From positions 154-24,153 of the forward strand of contig JAFUQU010000041.1 of the NCBI GenBank assembly GCA_017472255.1: a DNA stretch of 24,000 bases, given 5' to 3'. Each line of letters begins with the position of its first letter. The first letter of the stretch is position 1. The stretch is from Clostridia bacterium (GTDB taxonomy: Bacteria > Bacillota > Clostridia > Oscillospirales > CAG-272). The notes under the pieces were generated by a model. It was given only the letters and a program-made list of their open reading frames with translations. It was not told where the DNA came from and searched no databases. Positions 8,393 through 14,452 of the stretch are shown in pieces. The translations under genes and the position numbers were made by a program.

Positions 8393-8570
8393 GCAGCTCT
8401 CCCCCGAGGAAATCAACGCCGCCAATGCCGCCGCGTCCACCGGGCGTGTCCGGGATGACGGGCGGGGCGCGGTGTTCTTCACCGAAGCGGACGTCCGCGC
8501 GATGACGTCGAAGCAGGTGCGCGCCAACCTGCCCCGGATTCTTCAATCCATGAGCAGCCGGGAGTTTTAA
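8382..8570 (+). CDS. Hypothetical phage protein (62 aa), possibly a truncated N-terminal fragment
   Basis: The start overlaps the portal stop. RBS GAGGTGA. The stop codon lies exactly at the GC-to-AT compositional junction. Confidence 0.45.
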   Translation: MDDKQLSPEEINAANAAASTGRVRDDGRGAVFFTEADVRAMTSKQVRANLPRILQSMSSREF

Positions 8571-8580
8571 GAGGAAATTG

Positions 8581-8628
8581 ACTGTATTTCATGAGATGCT
8601 ATTATGTCAACGTCTCATGAAATACAGT
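8581..8628. promoter_or_regulatory. Inverted repeat (16-bp perfect arms) overlapping the cassette promoter
   Basis: The arms are actgtatttcatgaga (8581-8596) and tctcatgaaatacagt (8613-8628), separated by a 16-nt loop. The right arm abuts the -35 element. This is a candidate operator or an upstream-operon terminator. Confidence 0.5.
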
Positions 8629-8656
8629 TGACAAAACGCAAAGATTATTATATAAT
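8628..8656 (+). promoter_or_regulatory. Consensus sigma-A promoter
   Basis: Exact TTGACA-N17-TATAAT. Confidence 0.7.
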
Positions 8657-8676
8657 ATTTCAAGGAGATTAGATAA

Positions 8677-8826
8677 ATGTTGACAAATCAAAATACCCTT
8701 TGGGTTTATCGTTGCCGTTCTACTGATTCATGCAATGCATGTAGAAAATATGATAGGAAAGTATTCCATGAAAATGATGCCCAAAACTACCGCTACACCC
8801 CAATTGCAGATGTTATTATGAATTGA
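8677..8826 (+). CDS. 49-aa Cys-motif protein, absent from the ORF track
   Basis: AAGGAG lies 8 nt upstream of the ATG. The product is MLTNQNTLWVYRCRSTDSCNACRKYDRKVFHENDAQNYRYTPIADVIMN. The C-x5-C-x2-C...KVF stretch resembles the conserved core of Mu-F/SPP1-gp7 head morphogenesis proteins; this is recalled, not searched. Confidence 0.45.
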   Translation: MLTNQNTLWVYRCRSTDSCNACRKYDRKVFHENDAQNYRYTPIADVIMN

Positions 8827-9605
8827 TATCATCTCAAAATGGGGTACTAATACCTACAGCAATCCCCTCTGTACCTTCATCTCAGAATAATCCTACTGAA
8901 GCTATACCCGAACTTGATATTGAACCTATACACACCTCTTCCGTATCATTGCCAAGTGAACCAATGAAACACATAGATGAATCTATTGTTCCTCAATCTC
9001 TTAGCTATGTGATGAGTGTCAATGAGGCGTTTGATATCATGAATGAATCTGACAATTTGACTCATGTCAGTGATCAAATGATCGAATTACTCAAAAAATA
9101 TGAAACACAATATTCAAGATATTTGATTAAAGATGTACAGGGTAATATAATCGGGATAAAACCGCATGATGTTGGAGACGGTGGAATCACCGTTGGTTTT
9201 GGACACTTTATTAGCAATAAAGAATTACGAACTGATGCTGAAGCCTATAAACTTGCACAGCGCAACTTGTCAGTGGAAGAGGCCACCGCTATAATGAAAA
9301 CGGACTTGGAACGTTTTGAAAAGCAAATACTCAATCTTATGAAAAGGAATGAGATATATCTTGTTCAACATGAGTTTGACGCACTTGTTCTGCAAGCCTA
9401 TAACTATGGTAATGTTAATTACCTTACGGATTTGTTGAAATCAGGAAATCGTGACCGTAATAAGTGGATTGAAGTCATCACAGAACGGATGGAAGTTAAT
9501 AAAGGTAAATTCTACAATGGATTGATGAATCGCAGGTACCAGGAAATGGATTTATTCTTATATGGCGATTATAATGGAGGGCCTGATGTTATTAAATATC
9601 CGTAA
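8823..9605 (+). CDS. GH24 phage-type lysozyme (muramidase) with a Pro/Ser-rich N-terminal extension
   Basis: GH24-like signatures are present: KKYE...GGITVGFGH...EFDALVLQAYNYG...GLMNRRYQEMDLF. The ORF-track start is a TTG that overlaps the upstream stop codon (TTGA). In-frame ATGs at 8964, 9012 and 9039 lack strong RBSs, so the start is uncertain. Confidence 0.8.
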   Translation: MISSQNGVLIPTAIPSVPSSQNNPTEAIPELDIEPIHTSSVSLPSEPMKHIDESIVPQSLSYVMSVNEAFDIMNESDNLTHVSDQMIELLKKYETQYSRYLIKDVQGNIIGIKPHDVGDGGITVGFGHFISNKELRTDAEAYKLAQRNLSVEEATAIMKTDLERFEKQILNLMKRNEIYLVQHEFDALVLQAYNYGNVNYLTDLLKSGNRDRNKWIEVITERMEVNKGKFYNGLMNRRYQEMDLFLYGDYNGGPDVIKYP

Positions 9606-10203
9606 AATTATGCTTGTCACATTAACATTATGGTATGTGAGTATGCTAACTTCATGTTATCACATACAGCAAGATGTTACTGGAAGTGTGTATTTGGTGA
9701 AAATTTCACCTGCATCCGTTCAATCACATACAACGAATAAATGCGACTATCCCGAAATTCACTTGCATGTTGAATCCAACATATCCAATGATTCACGGGA
9801 CGTTGCCGAATATATCGCTCCCGTTCAAGCTGATACAGCCGCAGCTGATCCGGTCGCGCCCGCTCAAACCGCGCCCGCTCTGCCTGAGCCGGATCTTCCC
9901 GAGCCGGACGGCTCCACCGCGTCCATGCTGGCTTACGCCGAGGGTGCCCTCGCCCACTGGCAGGCGCTGGCGGTGTCGCTGCTGGACGAGCGCCCGGAGC
10001 TGGCGGAGGATTACGCCGCCTTCCTCGCGGCGCTGGATGCGGAGGTTGACGTCTATCGGGAGACCTTCCGCGTGGAGGACAGCGACCTTTACGGCAGCAG
10101 CAGCCTTTACGGCAGCAGCAGCCTTTACGGCAGCGCGGTCATTTACGAATGCGTCTGGCTTCGCGCCGTTCGGACGCGGGAGTGGCTGGAGGCACAATGG
10201 TAA
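9586..10203 (+). CDS. Putative lipoprotein, a compositionally chimeric ORF
   Basis: GGAGGG lies 6 nt upstream of the ATG at 9586. The signal peptide has a lipobox (SMLTSC). The N-terminal ~70 codons are AT-rich and the remainder is GC-rich and Ala/Pro-rich. The ORF contains an LYGSSS tandem repeat. Confidence 0.5.
   Translation: MLLNIRKIMLVTLTLWYVSMLTSCYHIQQDVTGSVYLVKISPASVQSHTTNKCDYPEIHLHVESNISNDSRDVAEYIAPVQADTAAADPVAPAQTAPALPEPDLPEPDGSTASMLAYAEGALAHWQALAVSLLDERPELAEDYAAFLAALDAEVDVYRETFRVEDSDLYGSSSLYGSSSLYGSAVIYECVWLRAVRTREWLEAQW
10086..10134 (+). repeat. 18-bp in-frame tandem repeat (about 2.7 copies)
   Basis: cctttacggcagcagcag occurs twice, followed by the partial copy cctttacggcagc. 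The repeat encodes LYGSSS-LYGSSS-LYGS. Confidence 0.9.
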
Positions 10204-10205
10204 CC

Positions 10206-10224
10206 GGGCGACCACAGGTCGCCC
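10206..10224 (+). terminator. Hairpin after the chimeric ORF
   Basis: gggcgac-cacag-gtcgccc forms a 7-bp stem. The T-tract is poor (tattacc). Confidence 0.3.
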
Positions 10225-10271
10225 TATTACCATGTGAATTCGCACTTTTTGTACCACATTGCGCGTACCCC

Positions 10272-10300
10272 TTGACAAATCCGAAAAAAAGCGGTATAAT
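10272..10300 (+). promoter_or_regulatory. Consensus sigma-A promoter of the transketolase operon
   Basis: Exact TTGACA-N17-TATAAT, 50 nt upstream of the start codon. Confidence 0.7.
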
Positions 10301-10349
10301 GATAACTAACGATATTATTTCGTAACACCACCTACAGGGGGAACAACAA

Positions 10350-11186
10350 ATGCTTGAAACTCGTAAAAAAGAGCTTACAAAGATCGCTTACGAGCTGCGC
10401 AAGGCAGCAGTAACCGCGGTCTACAGCGCAGCCAGCGGTCATCCCGGCGGCTCGCTCTCCATCGCTGAAATCCTCACCTACCTCTATTTTGAGGAGATGA
10501 ACATCGACCCGAAGGATCCGGCTAAGGCTGACCGCGACCGCTTCGTGCTGTCCAAGGGTCACGCTTCGCCCGCTATCTACGCGGCGCTCGCTCTGCGCGG
10601 CTACTTCCCGGTGGACGACCTTAAAACCTTCCGCCAGGTTGACAGCGTGCTCCAGGGTCATCCCGATATGAAGCACATCCCCGGCATCGATATGACCACC
10701 GGTTCGCTGGGTCTGGGCATTTCCGCCGCCTGCGGCATGGCGCTGGGCGCTAAGAAGAACGGCATCGGCAACCGCGTCTGGGCTATCATCGGCGACGGCG
10801 AGTCCGAGGAGGGTCAGGTTTGGGAGGCCGCTATGTTCGCGGCTCACTATAAGCTGGACAACCTCTGCGTTTTCGCTGACTTCAATGGTTTGCAGATCGA
10901 CGGTCCCGTGGCTGAGGTAATGAATCCCGCGCCGCTGGGCGATAAGTTCCGCGCTTTCGGCTGGAACGTCATCGAAATCGACGCCCACGATCTGGACGCC
11001 ATCGAGGCTGCCGTGGCTCTGGCTAAGGCAACCAAGGGCAAACCCACCGCCGTCATCGCCACTTCCACTAAGGGCAAGGGCGTTTCGTATATGGAAAACA
11101 ACGTAAGCTGGCACGGCTCCGCCCCCAAGCAGGAGCAGTACGAGCAGGCAATCGCAGAACTCGACGCTGCAATCGCCGCTATCTGA
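10350..11186 (+). CDS. tkt: Transketolase, N-terminal (TPP-binding) subunit
   Basis: Typical sequence: SGHPGGSLS, DRFVLSKGHASPAIYA, GSLGLGIS, IIGDGESEEGQVWEA. Confidence 0.93.
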   Translation: MLETRKKELTKIAYELRKAAVTAVYSAASGHPGGSLSIAEILTYLYFEEMNIDPKDPAKADRDRFVLSKGHASPAIYAALALRGYFPVDDLKTFRQVDSVLQGHPDMKHIPGIDMTTGSLGLGISAACGMALGAKKNGIGNRVWAIIGDGESEEGQVWEAAMFAAHYKLDNLCVFADFNGLQIDGPVAEVMNPAPLGDKFRAFGWNVIEIDAHDLDAIEAAVALAKATKGKPTAVIATSTKGKGVSYMENNVSWHGSAPKQEQYEQAIAELDAAIAAI

Positions 11187-11208
11187 CGCAGTAAAGGAGA
11201 ACTCGAAA

Positions 11209-12150
11209 ATGGCAGAAAAAATCGCTACCCGTGAAGCGTACGGCAACGCGCTCGCCGAATTCGGCGAAAAGTATGAGAAGCTGGTCGTCCTCGACGCAGA
11301 CCTCGCCGCCGCTACCAAAACCGGTACCTTCAAAAAGAAATTCCCCGATCGTTTCTTCGACTGCGGCATCGCTGAGGGCAATATGATGGTTGTCGCCGCC
11401 GGTCTTTCGACCACCGGCTTCATCCCCTTCGCCAGCTCCTTCGCCATGTTCGCCGCCGGACGTGCCTTTGAGCAGGTTCGCAACGCTATCGGCTACCCCC
11501 ACCTGAACGTGAAGATCGGCGCTACCCATGCCGGCATCTCCGTCGGTGAGGACGGCGCTACCCACCAGTGCCTGGAGGACTTCGCTACCATGCGTTCCAT
11601 CCCCGGCATGGTCGTTATGCAGCCCGCCGACGCCGTGGAAGCCCGCGCTATGGTCGAAGCCGCCATTAACTACGTAGGTCCCTGCTATATGCGCTTCGGT
11701 CGTTACGCAGTCCCTACGCTGTTCGATAAGGATACCTATAAGTTCGAGCTTGGCAAGGGCATCGTCCTCGCCGACGGCAAGGACGTAACGCTGGTCGCTA
11801 CCGGTCTGATGGTCGAGCAGGCGCTCATCGCCCGCGAAACCCTCGCCGCAGAAGGCATCTCCGCCCGCGTGGTCAATATCCACACCATCAAGCCGCTGGA
11901 TGAGGAGCTGATCCTGTCCTGCGCCGCCGAAACGGGCGCTATCGTTACCGCCGAGGAGCATAACATCATCGGTGGTCTTGGCGCGGCAGTCTGCGAGTGC
12001 GTCTGCGCTAATAAGCCGGTGCCCGTACTTCGCGTAGGCACGAATGATACATTCGGCCGCTCGGGTAAGGTTCCCCCGCTGATGGAACTGTACGGTCTCA
12101 CCGCAAACGATATCGCGGCTAAAGCCAAAGCCGCCATCGCGCTGAAATAA
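11209..12150 (+). CDS. tkt: Transketolase, C-terminal (pyrimidine-binding) subunit
   Basis: Typical sequence: TREAYGNAL, FFDCGIAEGNM, ATHAGISVGEDGATHQ, MVVMQPAD. Confidence 0.93.
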   Translation: MAEKIATREAYGNALAEFGEKYEKLVVLDADLAAATKTGTFKKKFPDRFFDCGIAEGNMMVVAAGLSTTGFIPFASSFAMFAAGRAFEQVRNAIGYPHLNVKIGATHAGISVGEDGATHQCLEDFATMRSIPGMVVMQPADAVEARAMVEAAINYVGPCYMRFGRYAVPTLFDKDTYKFELGKGIVLADGKDVTLVATGLMVEQALIARETLAAEGISARVVNIHTIKPLDEELILSCAAETGAIVTAEEHNIIGGLGAAVCECVCANKPVPVLRVGTNDTFGRSGKVPPLMELYGLTANDIAAKAKAAIALK

Positions 12151-12165
12151 TAAACAAAAGCATAT

Positions 12166-12203
12166 GAGAGAAGCCCCCACGCATTCGCGTGGGGGCTTCT
12201 CTC
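12166..12203. terminator. Strong shared hairpin terminator (tkt on plus, small ORF on minus)
   Basis: A 17-bp perfect stem gagagaagcccccacgc/gcgtgggggcttctctc has loop attc. The T-rich tract lies on the minus-strand side (cttttgtttatt). Confidence 0.75.
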
Positions 12204-12205
12204 AT

Positions 12206-12373
12206 TCAGGCATTGATGCTTTTGGCAAGCTGTTCAACCTCGGAAAGAGGGATCTTGGTCATGTCAACAATATCAGAAATTGGATATATTTTCTTATGCA
12301 GCATACGTGTAGCAATCTCAATCGCCTTCTTTTTTTCACGCTCGGCAAGCGCTTCTTCCATAATACGACACAT
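12206..12373 (-). CDS. 55-aa protein corresponding to the C-terminal tail of Rpn-family nucleases (RpnS-like)
   Basis: GGAAGGAG lies 8 nt upstream of the ATG at 12373. The product is MCRIMEEALAEREKKKAIEIATRMLHKKIYPISDIVDMTKIPLSEVEQLAKSINA, which matches the recalled C-terminal helix-rich tail of Firmicutes Rpn/PD-(D/E)XK putative transposases. Confidence 0.55.
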   Translation of the reverse strand: MCRIMEEALAEREKKKAIEIATRMLHKKIYPISDIVDMTKIPLSEVEQLAKSINA

Positions 12374-12505
12374 AGTATGCACTCCTTCCGTTTTTTCCTT
12401 AACACTGCTGTTGTAACGGGCACGTTTGGCGGTCGCACCCTCATCCCGGCGCTGAACTTCAATGTTGTACCGCTTGCCCAGACCGTCTACAGCAAATACA
12501 TCCAG
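12374..12505 (-). pseudogene. Remnant of an Rpn-family PD-(D/E)XK nuclease core (N-terminus missing, internal deletion)
   Basis: The in-frame segment RLDVFAVDGLGKRYNIEVQRRDEGATAKRARYNSS fits the D...IE.Q...R..YY core pattern. It has no start codon, and roughly 150 aa that normally separate the core from the tail are absent. Confidence 0.5.
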
Positions 12506-12515
12506 CCGTACTCTA

Positions 12516-12543
12516 ATTATACCACACCTCCCCCGCCTGTCAA
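12516..12543 (-). promoter_or_regulatory. Near-consensus sigma-A promoter driving the Rpn remnant and small ORF
   Basis: The minus strand reads TTGACA-ggcgggggaggtgtgg(16)-TATAAT. Confidence 0.6.
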
Positions 12544-12790
12544 CAAATATTTTGTAAAAAACCAAACGACTGTACATCTCCCTCCCCCACTATCCGCCAA
12601 ACAAAAAGAAATAACACCCCCTCCCCCCGCCTAACGCCTCAAACCCCACCAAACGTGCGTTGACCGCGTTGTCCGCAATAGCCGTTACCAGCGGGCGTTC
12701 GTTGTTCGCACAATAAATTCGCCCAGACAAGCTAAGAAAAGGAATCCCCGCAGCACAATTATGAGTGCGGGAGAATGGTGAGAGGGGAGT

Positions 12791-12852
12791 CTGAGGGGGG
12801 GAGAGGTAAGGAGGGGCGGCTATAGAGCCCCTCCTTATCTCTTCCCCCTCAG
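12791..12852. repeat. Long imperfect G/C-tract hairpin
   Basis: The arms are ctgagggggggagaggtaaggaggggc and gcccctccttatctcttccccctcag, about 25 bp each, around a 9-nt loop. No adjacent T-tract is present on either strand. Confidence 0.6.
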
Positions 12853-12992
12853 GAGCCAACGAACGAATAGCTATAACAATATATAGAAATAACCTATACC
12901 TCGGAATAAAAAATTTACAACCTGTGTCTGTAATTTTCGACACAAATGTGATATCATATATAGAAACAACACATCAACGGAGGAATTCACCC

Positions 12993-13637
12993 ATGTCCAT
13001 ATTGTCCGATCTCAGCGAAGCATTGCAAAAAGGCCGCCTGCCTAAAATTAAGGAGCTGACTAACGCCGCCCTCGCTGAAGGTATCCCCGCAAAGGAAATC
13101 CTCGATGACGGCCTTCTCGCCGGAATGTCCGTCATCGGCGAAAAATTCAAGAATAATCAAGTCTATGTCCCCGAGGTCATGATGGCCGCACGATGTATGC
13201 AGGCGGGTACCGATCTGCTGAAACCTCACCTCACCGCAGGCGAAACCGCACAGTCCTGCGGCACCGTCGTCATCGGCACCGTTAAAGGCGACCGCCACGA
13301 TATCGGTAAAAACCTCTGTAAGCTCATGCTGGAGGGAAAAGGTCTGAACGTTATCGATCTTGGCGTCAACGTCAGCGCGGAAAAGTTCGTCTCCGAAGCC
13401 CAGAAAAACGGCGCGCAGATCATCTGCTGCTCCGCCCTGCTCACCACCACCATGCCCGAAATGAAGCGGGTCGTTGAAGTCGCCGACGCCGCCGGAATCC
13501 GCGATAAGGTGAAGATTATGATCGGCGGCGCACCCGTTACGCAGGCTTACTGCGATACCATCGGCGCCGACTGCTATACCACCGACGCCGCTTCCTGCGC
13601 CGACGCCGCCGTCACGCTGGCTGCACAAATTTCGTGA
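12993..13637 (+). CDS. Cobalamin-binding corrinoid protein (methyltransferase-cognate, MtaC/MttC-like)
   Basis: RBS GGAGGA. The B12-binding motif is GDRHDIGKN (DxHxxG), followed by SALLTTT and GGAP. No partner methyltransferase is adjacent. Confidence 0.85.
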   Translation: MSILSDLSEALQKGRLPKIKELTNAALAEGIPAKEILDDGLLAGMSVIGEKFKNNQVYVPEVMMAARCMQAGTDLLKPHLTAGETAQSCGTVVIGTVKGDRHDIGKNLCKLMLEGKGLNVIDLGVNVSAEKFVSEAQKNGAQIICCSALLTTTMPEMKRVVEVADAAGIRDKVKIMIGGAPVTQAYCDTIGADCYTTDAASCADAAVTLAAQIS

Positions 13638-13645
13638 GGAATAAG

Positions 13646-13672
13646 AAAACCGACCCGTGAGGGTCGGTTTTT
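13646..13672. terminator. Bidirectional intrinsic terminator
   Basis: aaaaccgaccc-gtga-gggtcggttttt, with an A-tract on the left and a T-tract on the right. It lies between convergent genes. Confidence 0.8.
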
Positions 13673-13674
13673 GG

Positions 13675-14253
13675 TTATCGAGGGGAGAGCTTGTCCAGCT
13701 GAATCACGGATTTTCCGGTGAGGAGGTCGATTTTTTCCTTGTACAGAAGCGTCCATACCGCCTGCCCAACGGTATAGTCCTTGTCCTCGCGAGGGAAAAA
13801 GGAGCGGCAGAAATAGGTGTCCGTCTCTTTGTTTCGATTGATGAACAGGTAAACATCTACATTGCTGTGCGGTGTGGACAGGAGATAATCTGCTTCAATT
13901 TTAGAGAATTTCTGTTGATCCCTGTTGTAGCGGAAAATCAGTTCATTGGAGTCCAAAATGGTTTCAATGTCGAATAGATGTGAAAAACGATTGACTATTT
14001 CATCATAATATCTGCTTTTGGAGATAACGGTGTCCTTCAGCCGACCGCGCAGAATATTATCAAACACAATCTGACGATTCTGCGATGCGATATGTAAATC
14101 CTTCAGCTTACCGAGCCCCATGAGATGATGGAAGTCCAGAGGCGTGAAGGTTAATGTTATTTCCTTTAAGACACCTTTACGTCCAATAACCATGCGATAT
14201 TTCGTATGCAGCAGCTTTTCAAATCCTCTGGCGCATACAAGCAGTCTGTCCAT
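13675..14253 (-). CDS. Predicted nuclease of the phage Barnase-EndoU-ColicinE5/D-RelE-like type (PBECR4-like), 192 aa
   Basis: The gene is AT-rich. RBS GGAGAGG lies 10 nt upstream of the ATG at 14253. The pattern ITLTFTPLDFHHLMGLGKLKD...SKIEADYLL...FCRSFFP matches my recollection of PBECR4-family proteins, but this was not searched. Confidence 0.6.
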   Translation of the reverse strand: MDRLLVCARGFEKLLHTKYRMVIGRKGVLKEITLTFTPLDFHHLMGLGKLKDLHIASQNRQIVFDNILRGRLKDTVISKSRYYDEIVNRFSHLFDIETILDSNELIFRYNRDQQKFSKIEADYLLSTPHSNVDVYLFINRNKETDTYFCRSFFPREDKDYTVGQAVWTLLYKEKIDLLTGKSVIQLDKLSPR

Positions 14254-14446
14254 ATGCAGGAATCCTCTCCAGATAGTAAAATCGGCTGTTGCAAAGCGCA
14301 ACAGCCGATTAGCATTTTCTTTCGGCTTGCGCCTACTCCGGCTCGAGGTTATTGCTAAACCCCTACTGAAAGCTCCATGCAACAAGGCAATCCGGTACGC
14401 TGCTGCATTTCAACGCTTGGACAGATACACGCCGTTATCTGTCGGT
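14254..14446 (-). promoter_or_regulatory. Structured 5' leader or small RNA upstream of the nuclease gene
   Basis: Hairpins are GACAGATA/TATCTGTC (14443-14420), ATGCAGCA/TGTTGCAT (14408-14377), GGC-GCAA-GCC, and then a terminator. Segment 14406-14389 is a degenerate copy of the terminator 3' arm and is a candidate antiterminator. Confidence 0.45.
14278..14310 (-). terminator. Intrinsic terminator or attenuator immediately upstream of the nuclease RBS
   Basis: On the minus strand a 13-bp perfect stem AATCGGCTGTTGC/GCAACAGCCGATT has loop GCTTT and runs into TTTT. Only 7 nt separate it from GGAGAGG. Confidence 0.7.
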
Positions 14447-14452
14447 ACTATT

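Larger units (their letters stand above)
1340..8570 (+). mobile_element. Phage-derived head/DNA-packaging module (incomplete prophage or satellite-like element)
   Basis: A co-directional, tightly packed series runs terS-terL-capsid-112aa-566aa-43aa-portal-62aa. Each gene has an AGGAGG-type RBS. The window shows no tail, integrase or repressor genes. The module ends abruptly at a GC-to-AT compositional break at 8570/8571. Confidence 0.7.
8571..9795 (+). other. AT-rich foreign cassette (promoter, micro-ORF, lysozyme, 5' part of a lipoprotein ORF)
   Basis: By hand count, line 9001-9060 is 35% GC while line 10021-10080 is 65% GC. Both ends show sharp composition changes. Confidence 0.6.

Noticed and set aside
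6845-8527. 560-aa minus-strand ORF antisense to the portal gene. Similar long antisense ORFs occur at 3704..4489 and 2481..2981.
   Set aside because: The Arg/Gly/Ala/His-rich low-complexity translation is typical of the antisense frame of GC-rich genes. There is no RBS. The plus-strand partner has a recognisable portal motif and a strong RBS.
10332-12180. Minus-strand ORFs 10332..11483 and 11179..12180 opposite the transketolase subunits.
   Set aside because: They are antisense shadows of highly conserved transketolase coding sequence.
12578-12992. A cobalamin riboswitch upstream of the corrinoid protein, and ORF 12590..12943 (-).
   Set aside because: I could not find the B12-box (AGCCAGGAGACCTGCC-like) or the ordered GGTG...CCCCGC core on either strand. 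The 117-aa ORF is a low-complexity translation of G/C tracts with no RBS.
13675-14385. The longer 236-aa version of the nuclease ORF, starting at 14385.
   Set aside because: It starts at a TTG without an RBS. The extension is the translation of the leader and terminator hairpin. The ATG at 14253 has GGAGAGG at proper spacing.
14254-14446. The leader as a canonical type III antitoxin array, or as a yybP-ykoY (Mn) riboswitch.
   Set aside because: No tandem ~35-nt repeats are present. The sequences GGAGTAGGC and GTTTAGCAATAACC resemble the two conserved yybP-ykoY strands but occur in the wrong order, and the downstream gene is not a transporter. The possible 17-aa leader peptide (ATG at 14408) has no RBS.
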